Shown here in pieces: positions 33,126 to 47,330 of a stretch of 64,000 nt of DNA. The stretch's first letter is position 1; every line of letters begins with the position of its first letter. The translations under genes were made by a program, and so were the position numbers. The notes beneath the pieces are model-generated. The model saw only the letters and a program-made list of their open reading frames with translations, did not search any database and had not been told where the DNA came from. Source of the DNA: Lingula anatina (lineage: Eukaryota > Animalia > Brachiopoda); assembly GCA_051362555.1 (NCBI GenBank), contig CM120645.1, positions 10,044,001 to 10,108,000 on the forward strand. Reading direction: 5' to 3'.

Positions 33126-36100
33126 CTAGAGGATCAGAGAGGCGATACCGCCTCCGAATATTGTACCACCAGCTGGAGCAAGCGCATTCGTATAGACCCC
33201 CACATACACAAAATAAGGGACACAGCCACCAGTTTTGTGCTTGACAAGCTGTAAAAATGCAATCAACAAGAATTTTTAAACTATTGCAAAAAACATATAT
33301 GGTACAATCAAATTTAAGTTCTTCGTAAGGTAGGTCAAGGGTCAATTTCAAGGTCACAGTAAATTGCCAGTATATGACTTCATATTCAAGTTCAAGAATA
33401 ACTATGAACCTATCTCTGTCAAGTTTGAAGTTAAAAGAGAAAAAAAGTTCAGTTCATGATAAAAAGTAGGTCAAAGGTCAATTTCAAGGTCACACTTATA
33501 TTGCCAGTATAGGACTTCCTATTCAAGTTTAATAATAACTATGGACCTATCTCTGTCAGTTTTGGAGATAAAACGGAAGCAAAATTTGCAAAATTCAGTT
33601 CATGGTGAAAAGTAGGTCAAAGGTCAATTTCAAGGTCACATTTAGATTGCCAGTATATGACTTTCTATTCAAGTTCAATAGTAACGATGGACCTATCTCT
33701 GCCAGTTTTGGAGATAAAAGGAAAGCAAAATTTGCAAAGTTCAGTTCATGGTGAAAAGTAGGTCAAAGGTCAATATTAAGGTCACATTTATATTGCCAGT
33801 ATATGACTTCCTATTCAAGTTCAATAGTAACTATGGATGTATCTCTGCTATTTTGGAGATATAAGGGACTAAATGTTATTATTTTGGAGTTACCATAATG
33901 TGCCTTAAATTTCGTACAGAAAAAATTAATTAAAATAAAGAAAATGTCATTTTGGTCAAAATTCTTGAAATAGGAGGTGCTCTGAAGTTTCAGAAGTTCA
34001 AGTTTGATGAAATAATGTCATTTTTGAACACAAGTTGTCTGCTTTGCCAAGCCTTATGTTTTATTTTTCCAGAGTTCAAAATTTATTATCCATTACCGTA
34101 CTGCACATTTTGCTTTTACCACCAATATGTACTTTTTGATACAGCGTAACTCGAAAACCGTATGGAATACAAAAAACCGAGACCACCTCCAGTATTGGGC
34201 TTTACATGCAAAGTTCAGTTCATGGTGAAAAGTAGGTCAAAGGTCAATTTTAAGGTCACATTTAGATTGCCAGTATATGACTTCCTATTCAAGTTCAATA
34301 GTAACTATGGACCTATCAGTTCATGGTGAAAAGTAGGTCAAAGGTCAATTTTAAGGTCACATTTATATTGCCAGTATATGACTTCCTATTCAAGTTCAAT
34401 AGTAACTATGGACCTATCTCTGCCAGTTTTGGAGATAAAAGGGAAGCAAAATTTGCAAAGTTCAGTTCATGGTGAAAAGTAGGTCAAAGGTCAATTTTAA
34501 GGTCACATTTAGATTGCCAGTATATGACTTCCTATTCAAGTTCAATAGTAACTATGGACCTATCTCTGCCAGTTTTGGAGATAAAAGGGAAGCAAAATTT
34601 GCAAAGTTAAGTTCATGGTGAAAAGTAGGTCAAAGGTCAATTTTAAGGTCACATTTAGATTGCCAGTATATGACTTCCTATTCAAGTTCAATAGTAACTA
34701 TGGACCTATCTCTGCCAGTTTTGGAGATAAAAGGGAAGCAAAATTTGCAAAGTTCAGTTCATGGTGAAAAGTAGGTCAAAGGTCAATTTTAAAGTCACAT
34801 TTAGATTGCCAGTATATGACTTCCTATTCAAGTTCAATAGTAACTATGGACCTATCTCTGCCAGTTTTGGAGATAAAAGGGAAGCAAAATTTGCAAAGTT
34901 CAGTTCATGGTGAAAAGTAGGTCAAAGGTCAATTTTAAGGTCACATTTAGATTGCCAGTATATGACTTCCTATTCAATTTCAATAGTAACTATGGACCTA
35001 TCTCTGCCAGTTTTGGAGATAAAAGGGAAGCAAAATTTGCAAAGTTCAGTTCATGGTGAAAAGTAGGTCAAAGGTCAATTTTAAGGTCACATTTAGATTG
35101 CCAGTATATGACTTCCTATTCAATTTCAATAGTAACTATGGACCTATCTCTGCCAGTTTTGGAGATAAAAGGGAAGCAAAATTTGCAAAGTTCAGTTCAT
35201 GGTGAAAAGTAGGTCAAAGGTCAATTTTAAGGTCACATTTAGATTGCCAGTATATGACTTCCTATTCAAGTTCAATAGTAACTATGAACCTATCACTGCC
35301 AGTTTTGGAGATATAAGGGACTAAATGTTATAATTTTGGAGTTACCATAATGTGCCTTAAATTTCGTACAGAAAAAATTAATTAAAATAAAGAAAATGTC
35401 ATTTTGGTCAAAATTCTTGAAATAGGAGGTGCTCTGAAGTTTCAGAAGTTCAAGTTTGATGAAATAATGTCATTTTTGAACACAAGTTGTCTGCTTTGCC
35501 AAGCCTTATGTTTTATTTTTCCAGAGTTCAAAATTTATTATCCATTACCGTACTGCACATTTTGCTTTTACCACCAATATGTACTTTTTGATACAGCGTA
35601 ACTCGAAAACCGTATGGAATACAAAAAAACCCGAGACCACCTCCAGTATTGGGCTTTACATGCAAAGTTCAGTTCATGGTGAAAAGTAGGTCAAAGGTCA
35701 ATTTTAAGGTCACATTTAATTGCCAGTATATGACTTCCTATTCAAGTTCAGTAGTAACTATGGACCTATCTCTGCCAGTTTTGGAGATAAAAGGGAAGCA
35801 AAATTTGCAAAGTTCAGTTCATGGTGAAAAGTAGGTCAAAGGTCAATTTTAAGGTCACATTTAGATTGCCAGTATATGACTTCCTATTCAAGTTCAATAG
35901 TAACTATGGACCTATCAGTTCATGGTGAAAAGTAGGTCAAAGGTCAATTTTAAGGTCACATTTATATTGCCAGTATATGACTTCCTATTCAAGTTCAATA
36001 GTAACTATGGACCTATCTCTGCCAGTTTTGGAGATAAAAGGGAAGCAAAATTTGCAAAGTTCAGTTCATGGTGAAAAGTAGGTCAAAGGTCAATTTTAAG

Positions 36101-38850
36101 GTCACATTTAGATTGCCAGTATATGACTTCCTATTCAAGTTCAATAGTAACTATGAACCTATCTCTGCCAGTTTTGGAGATATAAGGGACTAAATGTTAT
36201 AATTTTGGAGTTACCATAATGTGCCTTAAATTTCGTACAGAAAAAATTAATTAAAATAAAGAAAATGTCATTTTGGTCAAAATTCTTGAAATAGGAGGTG
36301 CTCTGAAGTTTCAGAAGTTCAAGTTTGATGAAATAATATCATTTTTGAACACAAGTTGTCTGCTTTGCCAAGCCTTATGTTTTATTTTTCCAGAGTTCAA
36401 AATTTATTATCCATTACCGTACTGCACATTTTGCTTTTACCACCAATATGTACTTTTTGATACAGCGTAACTCGAAAACCGTATGGAATACAAAAAAACC
36501 GAGACCACCTCCAGTATTAGGCTTTACATGCAAAGTTCAGTTCATGGTGAAAAGTAGGTCAAAGGTCAATTTTAAGGTCACATTTAGATTGCCAGTATAT
36601 GACTTCCTATTCAAGTTCAATAGTAACTATGGACCTATCTCTGCCAGTTTTGGAGATAAAAGGGAAGCAAAATTTGCAAAGTTCAGTTCATGGTGAAAAG
36701 TAGGTCAAAGGTCAATTTTAAGGTCACATTTAGATTGCCAGTATATGACTTCCTATTCAAGTTCAATAGTAACTATGGACCTATCTCTGCCAGTTTTGGA
36801 GATATAAGGGACTAAATGTTATAATTTTGGAGTTACCATAATGTGCCTTAAATTTCGTACAGAAAAAATTAATTAAAATAAAGAAAATGTCATTTTGGTC
36901 AAAATTCTTGAAATAGGAGGTGCTCTGAAGTTTCAGAAGTTCAAGTTTGATGAAATAATGTCATTTTTGAACACATTGTCTGCTTTGCCAAGCCTTATGT
37001 TTTATTTTTCCAGAGTTCAAAATTTATTATCCATTACCGTACTGCACATTTTGCTTTTACCACCAATATGTACTTTTTGATACAGCGTAACTCGAAAACC
37101 GTATGGAATACAAAAAAACCCGAGACCACCTCCAGTATTGGGCTTTACATGCAAAGTTCAGTTCATGGTGAAAAGTAGGTCAAAGGTCAATTTTAAGGTC
37201 ACATTTAATTGCCAGTATATGACTTCCTATTCAAGTTCAGTAGTAACTATGGACCTATCTCTGCCAGTTTTGGAGATAAAAGGGAAGCAAAATTTGCAAA
37301 GTTCAGTTCATGGTGAAAAGTAGGTCAAAGGTCAATTTTAAGGTCACATTTAGATTGCCAGTATATGACTTCCTATTCAAGTTCAATAGTAACTATGGAC
37401 CTATCTCTGCCAGTTTTGGAGATAAAACGGAAGCAAATTTTGCAAAGTTCAGTTTATGGTGAAAAGTAGGTCAAAGGTCAATTTTAAGGTCACATTTAGA
37501 TTGCCAGTATATGACTTCCTATTCAAGTTCAATAGTAACTACGGACCTATCTCAGCCAGTTTTGGAGATAAAAGGAAAGCAAAATTTGCAAAGTTCAGTT
37601 TATGGTGAAAAGTAGGTCAAAGGTCAATTTTAAGGTCACATATAGATTGCCAGTATATGACTTCCTATTCAAGTTCAATAGTAACTATGGGCCTATCTCT
37701 GCCAGTTTTGGAGATAAAAGGGAAGAAAAATTTGCAAAGTTCAGTTCATGGTGAAAAGTAGGTCAAAGGTCAATTTTAAGGTCACATATAGATTGCCAGT
37801 ATATGACTTCCTATCCAACTTCAATAGTAACTATAGACCTATCTCTGCCAGTTTTGGAGATATAAGGGACTAAATGCTATAATTTTGGAGTTACCATAAT
37901 GTGCCTTAAATTTCGTACAAAAAAAATTAATTAAAATAAAGAAAATGTCATTTTGGTCAAAATTCTTGAAATAGGAGGTGCTCTGAAGTTTCAGAAGTTC
38001 AAATTTGATGAAATTATGTCATTTTTGAACACAAGTTGTCTGCTTTGCCAAGCCTAATGTTTTATTTTTCCAGAGTTCAAAATTTATTATCCATTACCGT
38101 ACTGCACATTTTGCTTTTACCACCAATATGTACTTTTTGATACAGCGTAACTCGAAAACCGTATGGAATACAAAAAAACCGAGACCACCTCCAGTGTTGG
38201 GCTTTACATGCTCTACAAAATGCAAAAAAGAATGGGTCTCTAGCATTAACGGTTCCCGAATTAGAGACAGTTTTCAGTTTTGGTATCTTATGGCCGCTAC
38301 TCCCGTGAAAATGCACCGATTGACCCCAAATTCATGGAGATGAAAGATGACCTGAAGGGTAACACTTTCCAATAATATTATTGGTTAAGTCTGTGTGGTG
38401 TCTGAATAACAGGGCAAAAAAATTTTTTTTCGTAAAAAATTTCATTTTTTTGAAAATTTTGGCCCATTTGACCTTGAAGTAAAGGTCAAAGGTCAAATCC
38501 AAGGATATATTTGAAATCTACACATATGACTTTTGGAAAGCCGTCTATAGAAATTTTTCCCATAACTCCTTCCGTAGGGTAGATAATTAGCATTTAATTT
38601 TGCCATTTTTAGACAAGGGTGCATTGCAATGAGTGCCACACCCAGACCCCAATACCGACAAAGCCCAAATTTTACGTGGAACGAGTTGAGATTATAGGTG
38701 ACCTAAATCCATGAGATGGGTATGGGGGGCCTTACCGTCTAGGAGGAGAAGCGGTAACGGTAGCCGTCCGGCGGAGCCGGCGGAGCCGGCGGAACGATCC
38801 GGACGAGACCGAAACCATGTGTACCGCCAGCGCTAACGCTGGTGGTACAA
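33126..38850 (-). mobile_element. Complete HINE family-1 element (inner, opposite orientation) with amplified satellite and module blocks
   Basis: Both termini are present. The outer module rejoins across it (GGAAAAA | TAATCCATAAGG vs expected TAAAACATAAGG). No TSD. Confidence 0.82.
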
Positions 38851-40047
38851 TAATCCATAAGGCTTGGCAAAGCAGACAACTTGTGGTCAAAAATGACATT
38901 ATTTCATCAAATTTGAACTTCTGGAACTTCAGAGCACCTCCCATTTCAAGAATTTTGACCAAAATGACCTTTTCTTTATTTTAATTAATTTTTTCTGTAG
39001 GAAATTTATGGCACATTAAGGTAACTCCGAAATTATAACATTTAGTCCCTTATATCTCCAAAACTGGCAGAGATAGGTCCATAGTTACTATTGAAGTTGA
39101 ATAGGAAGTCATATACTGGCAATCTTACTGTGACCTTGAAATTGACCTTTGACCTACTTTTCACCATAAATTGAACTTTGCAAATTTTGCTTCCCTTTTA
39201 TCTCCAAAATGGCAGAGATAGGTCCATAGTTACTATTGAACTTGAATAGGAAATCATATACTGGCAATCTAAATGTGACCTTAAAATTGACCTTTGACCT
39301 ACTTTTCACCATGAACTGAACTTTGCAAATTTTGCCTCCCTTTTATCTCCAAAACTGGCAGAGATAGGTCCATAGTTTCTATTGAACTTGAATATGAAGT
39401 CATATACTGGCAATCTAAATGTGACCTTGAAATTGACCTTTGACCTACTTTTCACCATGAACTGAACTTTGCAAATTTTGCTTCCCTTTTATCTCCAAAA
39501 CTGGCAGAGATAGGTCCATAGTTACTGTTGAACTTGAATAGGAAGTCATATACTGGCAATCTAAATGTGACCTTGAAATTGACCTTTGACCTACTTTTTA
39601 TCATGAATTAAACTTTGCAAATTTTGGTTCCCTTTTATCTCCAAAACTGGCAGAGATAGGTCCATAGTTACTATTGAACTTGAATAGGAAGTCATATACT
39701 GGCAATCTTTCTGTGACCTTGAAATTGACCTTTGACCTACTTTTCATCATGAACTGAACTTTGGAAATTTTGCTTCCCTTTTATCTCCAAAACTGGCAGA
39801 GATAGGTCTATAGTTACTTTTGAACTTGAATAGGAAGTCATATACTGGCAATCTAAATGTGACCTTGAAATTGACCTTTGACCTACTTTTTATCATGAAT
39901 TGAACTTTGCAAATTTTGGTTCCCTTTTATTTCCAAAACTAGCGAGATAGGTCCATAGTTACTATTGAACTTGAATAGGAAGTCATATACTGGCAATCTA
40001 AGTGTGACCTTGAAATTGACCTTTGACCTACTTATAATCATGAACTG

Positions 40048-41108
40048 GGGCCGTATTCTCAAAACTTTGTAACTTACAACAATTTGTAACTATTTACGTG
40101 AATTTGTATCTTAGACTTACACGGTATTCTCAAAACTCTTGTAAGTCTCGGACTTACAAACTCTTGTAACTTTTCACGTAACTTTCCGGAAGTGACGTTT
40201 GGTCCATGAATAACCCGCATCGACGTATTTCACTGCCGTGCTTTGCGGCGATAAAACGCTTATCTAGACATAAAAGTCTGTTGAAATGTATTGAGAATCA
40301 TTCATAAAGACGTTTTTTAAAATTTTCTTACAAGTTTTCGTCGGAAAATTCACTCATTTTGAATGTGCTTCCTCCGACATGCGAGCTCAGAAATCGGACT
40401 TGGCTCCTCTTGTGGGATTCCCCCAGCTGGGATTCCCCAAGTTTGCCGCTAGCAAAAAGCGCTTTATTTCATTAAATTTACAATGAAAACGGGTGTGAAT
40501 ATATCCTACAGTAAGTAGCTTATAATAAACACTCACCACATTGTTCAAATTTGATACTTGCTTGGATTTCATGCTGTCTTAGGATACCAAAGCCATACTA
40601 ATAAGTTCACACAATTCCTCTCTATATATGCCATTCAGTTAGATATAAAAGTGTAATTTTTATTTTAATATATAAACTTTGTTATTAAATATGAGTGAGT
40701 ATATTTGTTTTTCTATTCACGTTTGCTGTGATTTTTTTATGATGAAGAGTTAGTAAATGTTTTTTTCATGGTAAGCCACAAATAATAACACAAATTAATT
40801 AACACAAATAAGTTGGCCCAATATTTCAAAAATGACATTCAATTTAATATGGACATGTTATTTTTTAATAAAACTTATAATTGTGATTAATTAATGGGTG
40901 TTGGTATAAAAGTGAAAATATTTTTCCAGTACATCTTTGTTGTTACCATAAAGAGTGAGTATTTTTTTTTCATGTCAGTAAGAAATGCACATTGTACTGG
41001 TACAAATGAACATGTACCTACAGGTTGGCTAGCATAAGCAGTAAAAAAATGAAAATAAAGGATTTTGTAAATAAATAAATAAAAATATAATAATAATACT
41101 ACTACTAC

Positions 41109-41143
<35 letters not shown>

Positions 41144-43909
41144 TTGGTCACTGATTACTCAGTCACATTTTCAATAATTTCAGGTATTTTTTGTTTCATA
41201 TCATATCTACTTATTTACACTCACTGAAAACTAAAAAAAATATTCTTTCCTTCTGGATTTTTTCACCAACAGTTCTCATATGAGATGTAAATTCTTTACA
41301 AGTGCCTGTGTTCTTGTTTTATTTCACTGCAGCTGAGACTTACAAATCTTGACAAAGATTCATATGTAGTGTGTGTGCATAAAACGTGTGGGTGACACAG
41401 TAAACATTCATGAAATATGAATCTGTTGCTGGGTACATCCAAAATTATTTCATTTTAGGTGTATTCAATCATTTTGAACCTTGAAATGTGCTTGAATTTA
41501 GTTTTAAACCTGGATGCATGAAGGTAGTTATTCACAGGAAGGGGAGATATTCCTTTTTGGACATTATTTAATTTCTATTTTTTTAATGTTTCATCACCAG
41601 TGTGTATAAAATTTAATTTAAATGATATATTACTTCCTCTTTTCTTTGTTATAGAAACTTATGAGTGACTTTACATTGCCCTCATTTGCATTAAAAGAGT
41701 CATTGAAAAGCAATTGAATTAGTCTCAAAATTCTTATTAAATCCTTGAATTTGTTATTAGTGTTCATGTATGAACCTTGACATTGCACACTTTAATCATA
41801 GAAAGTTACACAAACATCCATGATAACTCACAAAAAATTGAAATAAAAGGTGAAAGGCAATGATTATCCCTAAAACTGACTTAAGAAAAAAAGAAAAGAA
41901 AATCTGTTTTGTGACTAAAAAGTACAAGCCACGGTTAAAATATATTTCATTGCGAATTATAAGATGTTTCTATTTGTTTACTCAAATTAAACAAACCAGT
42001 TTCCTGAAAATAGAAGGAAATTCACTGTACAGTGCATGCAATTTTAGTTTCAGTCATAACAATTGTGATAAGAAATACAAAATACTTCTTTATCCAAAAC
42101 AAAACCCAAAATAATTCCTTATGAGCAATATATCATAAAGGAGAAAATACAGAAAAAAAAATGATATGCATTTAAACTTTCAGTTATTATTACTGTTATT
42201 ATTTATGATGAAATAAATAATCATTTTATATTCATTATTATTGTAACAAGACTAAACATTTGTATTCTATGAGGAACTTAAATAATGAAATATACTTATT
42301 TCTTTGGCAAGAAGGTTTTTTCTTATTTTAATTAAAATTATGGTATATACTGGTTTTATTTTCCCTTATCTTAACACTGCAGCAAGTAGATGGGACTATG
42401 CAGGAATTATATTTTGCAGTATGAATCAATTTCAAAATGAAACAGTAGCAAGAAAACAGCTACAATGGTTATGATCAAAGTGCAACCTAAGCAAGTGTCA
42501 GTTTACTCTAAATTAGAAAATTAGAACTTACTCTGTAACTGTGTAATAAGTACAATGTTATGTAAGGAAAGCCATAAGTGGAATACTATCAAAAATGCCA
42601 ATATTTACAATCTTTTACTAACTCACACATTACTAGTAAGTCTTTTTTTGGTATTTAAAACAGTTTAAGTCATTTGTTTTTTCCATCAGTGATGATTACC
42701 TCATTATTTGAACTGGATATCCTTTATTTAAATGGATAAACCGAGCCTTTTAAATTAGTTAAAATGCTGTTTAAATATCTAAAATCATTCGAAAGTAGAT
42801 GATAAGACATTATAATCATCACTGAATGCTCCCAATTCATTATTATTTACAAAACCTACAAAATAAAGTTAATGAAACTTGCACATATTTTTTAATGCAG
42901 CCATCAGCTGATCGAGGTCACCACGTCGCTGGAAAGGGGGTCAACATTTGCAACATTTTATCTACACCTTTCTATTCCTTTGGCAGCCTTTCGATACTTT
43001 TTTGATACATAGTGTGCAGCATATCATTTTAAAGCATTTGAAATGTACTTTTTTGTGATGTGGAAGACAGATATTTTCTCCACCACATGTATGGAATAGA
43101 GACGTAAGAACCTGAGTCAATGAATTGCCGATAAAAATGGCGATTTTCAGACACACCTTCACGAAAAAATCTCACAGAATTTCTGTAAATAATACAATGA
43201 CAGTAAACATTATACATCAGTTGAAAGATAATTTTCTTCCGAACAAAACTCCATCTATTAAACTTGGTGTTTTGGTATAATTTTGATTTATTCACTGACT
43301 AAACATGTATCTTCATCCTAAAAAAGTCGGAAGATTCAAAATCTGAAATTAAGCCGCGGCTCAATTGATTAATTTTTAGTAACAACTTAAGTGCTTTATA
43401 TCGCCAAAAAGCTTATTAACTTGGCTTTCTCACAACACTTATAGTTATTTCACGTGCTTTAAAAAATGTTAGTTTTCGTTTTAATTTAAAAATTCGGACA
43501 CCCTACCAAACTGCCATGTTGCCATTGCGCGATCGACAGAAACGTATTGTTCTCATCTAAATCGTTAACTTTAGGCAACTAACCTGAAATATCCGAAAGG
43601 CGAACCTTTCTCGCTGATAATAATACATCCAAAGTTAAATAATTTTACTTGCTGTCAAAAATATCCGACAATAAACACGAGCATAAAATTCCCGCAGACA
43701 ACACTTTCTCCCCGACTTTTCACCAAATGCGCATGCGTACAACTTTTTGAGGCGACTTACAACAGGTCGGAGGCAGTTGTAAATTTACGTGCATATTTAC
43801 AAGACTTTGTAACTTACAAACCTTCGAGAATACCAACTTACGTGAACTATCGGACTTACGTGAAAAGTTACAAGAATTTGTAAGTTACAACTTTTCGAGA
43901 ATACGGCCC
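40048..43909. mobile_element. 3862-bp non-autonomous PIF/Harbinger-like DNA transposon
   Basis: TIR GGGCCGTATTCTC / GAGAATACGGCCC. CTG TSD at 40045-40047 and 43910-43912 restores the satellite TGAACTGAACT. Subterminal TTGTAACTTACAA repeats. No long ORF. Confidence 0.88.
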
Positions 43910-44374
43910 CTGAACTCTGCTAATTTCTTTCTCTTTTAACTCCAAACCTGGCAGAGATAGGTCCATAGTTACTATTGAAGTTGAATAGGAAGTCATATAC
44001 TGGCAATTTACTGTGACCTTGAAATTGACCTTTGACCTACCTTACGATGAACTTAACTTTGATTGTACCATTTTAAGTTATATATATTTTTTGCGTATTT
44101 TGAAAATTCTTGTTGATTGCATTTTTATAGCTTGTCAATTATAAGACTGGTGGCTGTGTCCCTTATTTTGTGTATGTGGGGGTCTATACGAATGCGCTTG
44201 CTCCAGCTGGTGGTACAATATTCGGAGGCGGTATCGCCTCTCTGATCCTCTAGTTTTTCTTTGTTTCTTGTTTCCTACCTTTTTTATTTCCTTTTTTATC
44301 ACATGTATATGAACTACTGACTTGGCAAACTTATGTTCCTGCAAGTTTTATACCATTAGTGTCACAGTACTTAC

Positions 44375-44440
44375 ATTTCTTCTCTTTCTTTGATGTTGGT
44401 ACATTAGATGCCTCCACATCATGGCCCAAGGTTTGTAACT
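44375..44440 (-). CDS. Small coding exon (66 bp, phase 1-1), probably of the Roco gene
   Basis: CTGTAG acceptor and GTAAGT donor. Open frame ELQTLGHDVEASNVPTSKKEKK is in phase with the upstream exons. Confidence 0.55.
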
Positions 44441-44679
44441 CTACAGTAATTTATTTAAAAATTCAAATTAATTTAATGTTTATTAAAATGATTCTAAGAA
44501 TATGCATTTTATAGTATTTATTATATTATCTCACATATTTTTTCTGTATTTTGATTGATTTTTTCTCACTTCAAATAAGCAATAATTATTGTATCTGCAG
44601 TTGATTATGACAATACTATTACGTATACATGTTCTAGTTCTATATTGCTAGTAGTTAGTTGTGCACACATAAGAATTAC

Positions 44680-44760
44680 CTGCAAGGCTTGCCCGAATTT
44701 CCTCATGTATCTTTCTTGTGTTAACAGCAAGCAAATGTGATATTGCTGGCCCATGACACT
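44680..44760 (-). CDS. Small coding exon (81 bp, phase 1-1), probably of the Roco gene
   Basis: TTTTAATCTTTAG acceptor and GTAATT donor. Open frame ECHGPAISHLLAVNTRKIHEEIRASLA. Confidence 0.55.
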
Positions 44761-44846
44761 CTAAAGATTAAAACATCATTTTATTATTTGTCAAGAAATA
44801 CACATTTTCTGTTCAAAGGGACCAAAGTGATCCACCAAGATGCAAA

Positions 44847-47203
44847 CTAGAGGATCAGAGAGGCGATACCGCCTCCGAATATTGTACCACCAGCTGGAGC
44901 AAGCGCATTCGTATAGACCCCCACATACACAAAAGAAGGGACACAGCCACCAGTCTTATGCTTGACAAGCTGTAAAAATGCAATCAACAAGAATTTTCAA
45001 AATAAGCAAAAAATATATATAACTTAAAATGGTACAATCAAAGTTAAGTTCATCGTAAGGTAGGTCAAAGGTCAATTTCAAGGTCACAGTAAATTGCCAG
45101 TATATGACTTCCTATTCAACTTTAATGGTAACTATGGACCTATTTCTGCCAGGTTTGGAGTTAAAAGAGAAAGAAATTTGCAAAGTTCAGTTCATAGTGA
45201 AAAGTAGGTCAAAGGTCAATTTCAAGGTCACATTTAGATTGCCAGTATATGACTTTCCATGCAAGTTCAATAGAAACTATGGACCTTCCTCTGCCAGTTT
45301 TGGAGATAAAAGGGAACCAAAATTTGCAAAGTTCAATTCATGATAAAAAGTAGGTCAAAGGTCAATTTCAAGGTCACACTTAGATTGCCAGTATATAACT
45401 TTCCATGCAAGTTCAATAGAAACTATGGACCTATCTCTGACTTCCTATTCAAGTTCAATAGTAACTATGGACCTATCTCTGCCAGTTTTGTAGATAAAAG
45501 GGAAGAAAAATATGCGAAGTTCAGTTCATGGTGAAAAGTAGGTCAAAGGTCAATTTCAAGGTCACAGTAAAATTGCCAGTATATGACTTCCTATTCAAGT
45601 TCAATAGTAACTATGGACCTATCTCTGCCAGTTTTGGAGATATAAGGGACTAAATGTTTTAATTTTGGAGTTACCATAATGTGCCATAAATTTCCTACAG
45701 AAAAAATTAATTAAAATAAAGAAAAGGTCATTTTGGTCAAAATTCTTGAAATAAGAGGTGCTCTGAAGTTCCAGATGTTCAAATTTGATGAAATAATATC
45801 ATTTTTGACCACAAGTTGTCTGCTTTGCCAAGCCTTATGTTTTATTTTTCCGGAGTTCAAAATTTATTATCCATTACCAGTACTGCACATTTTGCTTTCA
45901 CCACCAATATGTGCCAGTATATGACTTCCTATTCAAGTTCAATAAAAACTATGGACCTATCTCTGCCAGTTTTGGAGATAAAAGGGAAGCAAAATTTGCA
46001 AAGTTCAGTTCATGGTGAAAAGTAGGTCAAAGGTCAATTTCAAGGTCACAGTAAGATTGCCAGTATATGACTTCCTATTCAAGTTCAATAGTAATTATGG
46101 ACCTATCTCTGCCAGTTTTTGAGATAAAAGGGAACCAAAATTTGCAAAGTTCAGTTCATGATAAAAAGTAGGTCAAAGGTCAATTTCAAGGTCACATTTA
46201 GATTGCCAGTATATGACTTCCTATTCAACTTAAATAGTAACTATGGACCTATCTCTGCCAGGTTTGGAGTTAAAAGAGAAAGAAAATATAAGGACCAGAA
46301 AACTTGCAAAGTGAAGTTCATCATGAAAAGTAGGTCAAAGGTCAATATCAAGGTCACAGTTAGATTGCTAGTTAATGACTTCCTATTCAAATTCTTTGGG
46401 CGTATCTCTGCTAATTTTGGGAGTATTTTTTCATTTTATGTTAACTACTGAATATTGCATTGTTGTACTATTTAATAAAGTGCAACTCCTAAACCGTATG
46501 GAAAATAAGAAAATGGACACCACCTTTAGTATTGTGCTTGACAAGCTGTACTTCATGCAAAAAACAAGACGTCTCTAGTGTAAACAGTTCCACAATTACA
46601 GAGTTTTTAGTTTCGGCATCAAATGACTGCTTCTCCCGTGAAAATGCACCGATTGACCCCAAACCCACGAAGATGAAAGGAGTCCCTCAATAGTAGCCCT
46701 CACTGTAATATGAAAGCTTAGGTCTGTGTAGTTTCTGAAAATTGGCACAAACAATTCTTTTTTTGCAGAAAATTCCCATTTTTAGAAAATTTTGGCCTGT
46801 TTGACCTTGAAATAAAGGTCAAATGTCAAATCCAAGGGCATATTTGGAAACTCCATATATGACTTTTGGTCAGACCTCTATAGTAACTTTTTCCAAAATT
46901 CCTTCAGTTTGGGAGATATTTAGCATCAAATTTTCAAAAATTTTGACAAGGGTGCATTTCAGTGAGCATCACACCCAGACCAATGCACCAACTGAGACAA
47001 AAATACCAGGGGGTTCAAGTTGAGATTATATGTGACCTAAATCCAAGAGATGGGGACACAGGTCCTTGCGGTCTAGGAGGAGAAGCGGTAACGGTGACTT
47101 GTTTCCGGCGCCCGACTGCGGAGCCGGCGGAGCCGGCGGAGCTGTACGAGACGGGCCGGGACTAAAACCATGAGTACCGCCAGCGTATACGCTGGTGGTA
47201 CTA
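44847..47203 (-). mobile_element. HINE family-1 element (intronic) with about 7 satellite monomers and a diverged terminal module
   Basis: CTAGAGGATC start; terminal hairpin AGTACCGCCAGCG-TATA-CGCTGGTGGTACT. Confidence 0.78.
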
Positions 47204-47330
47204 ATAAATGAAAAACAAGGTGGAATCAAAAGAATTAATAAATATTCAAGCCATACATTTAGAATTTACATTTAAATGACTTTCAATATTGAAACACTTT
47301 ATAACTCTGAAAAGCTGCATTTATTCTTAC

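Larger units (their letters stand above)
32322..44253 (+). mobile_element. Complete HINE family-1 element (outer), interrupted by two insertions
   Basis: 5' TTGTACCACCAGCG hairpin, CCGGCTCCG microsatellite, module, reverse-orientation 146-bp array (39050-40046, 43910-44040), 3' sub-TIR GCTGGTGGTACA, hairpin GAGGCG-GTAT-CGCCTC, then CTAG-TTTT. Confidence 0.8.
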
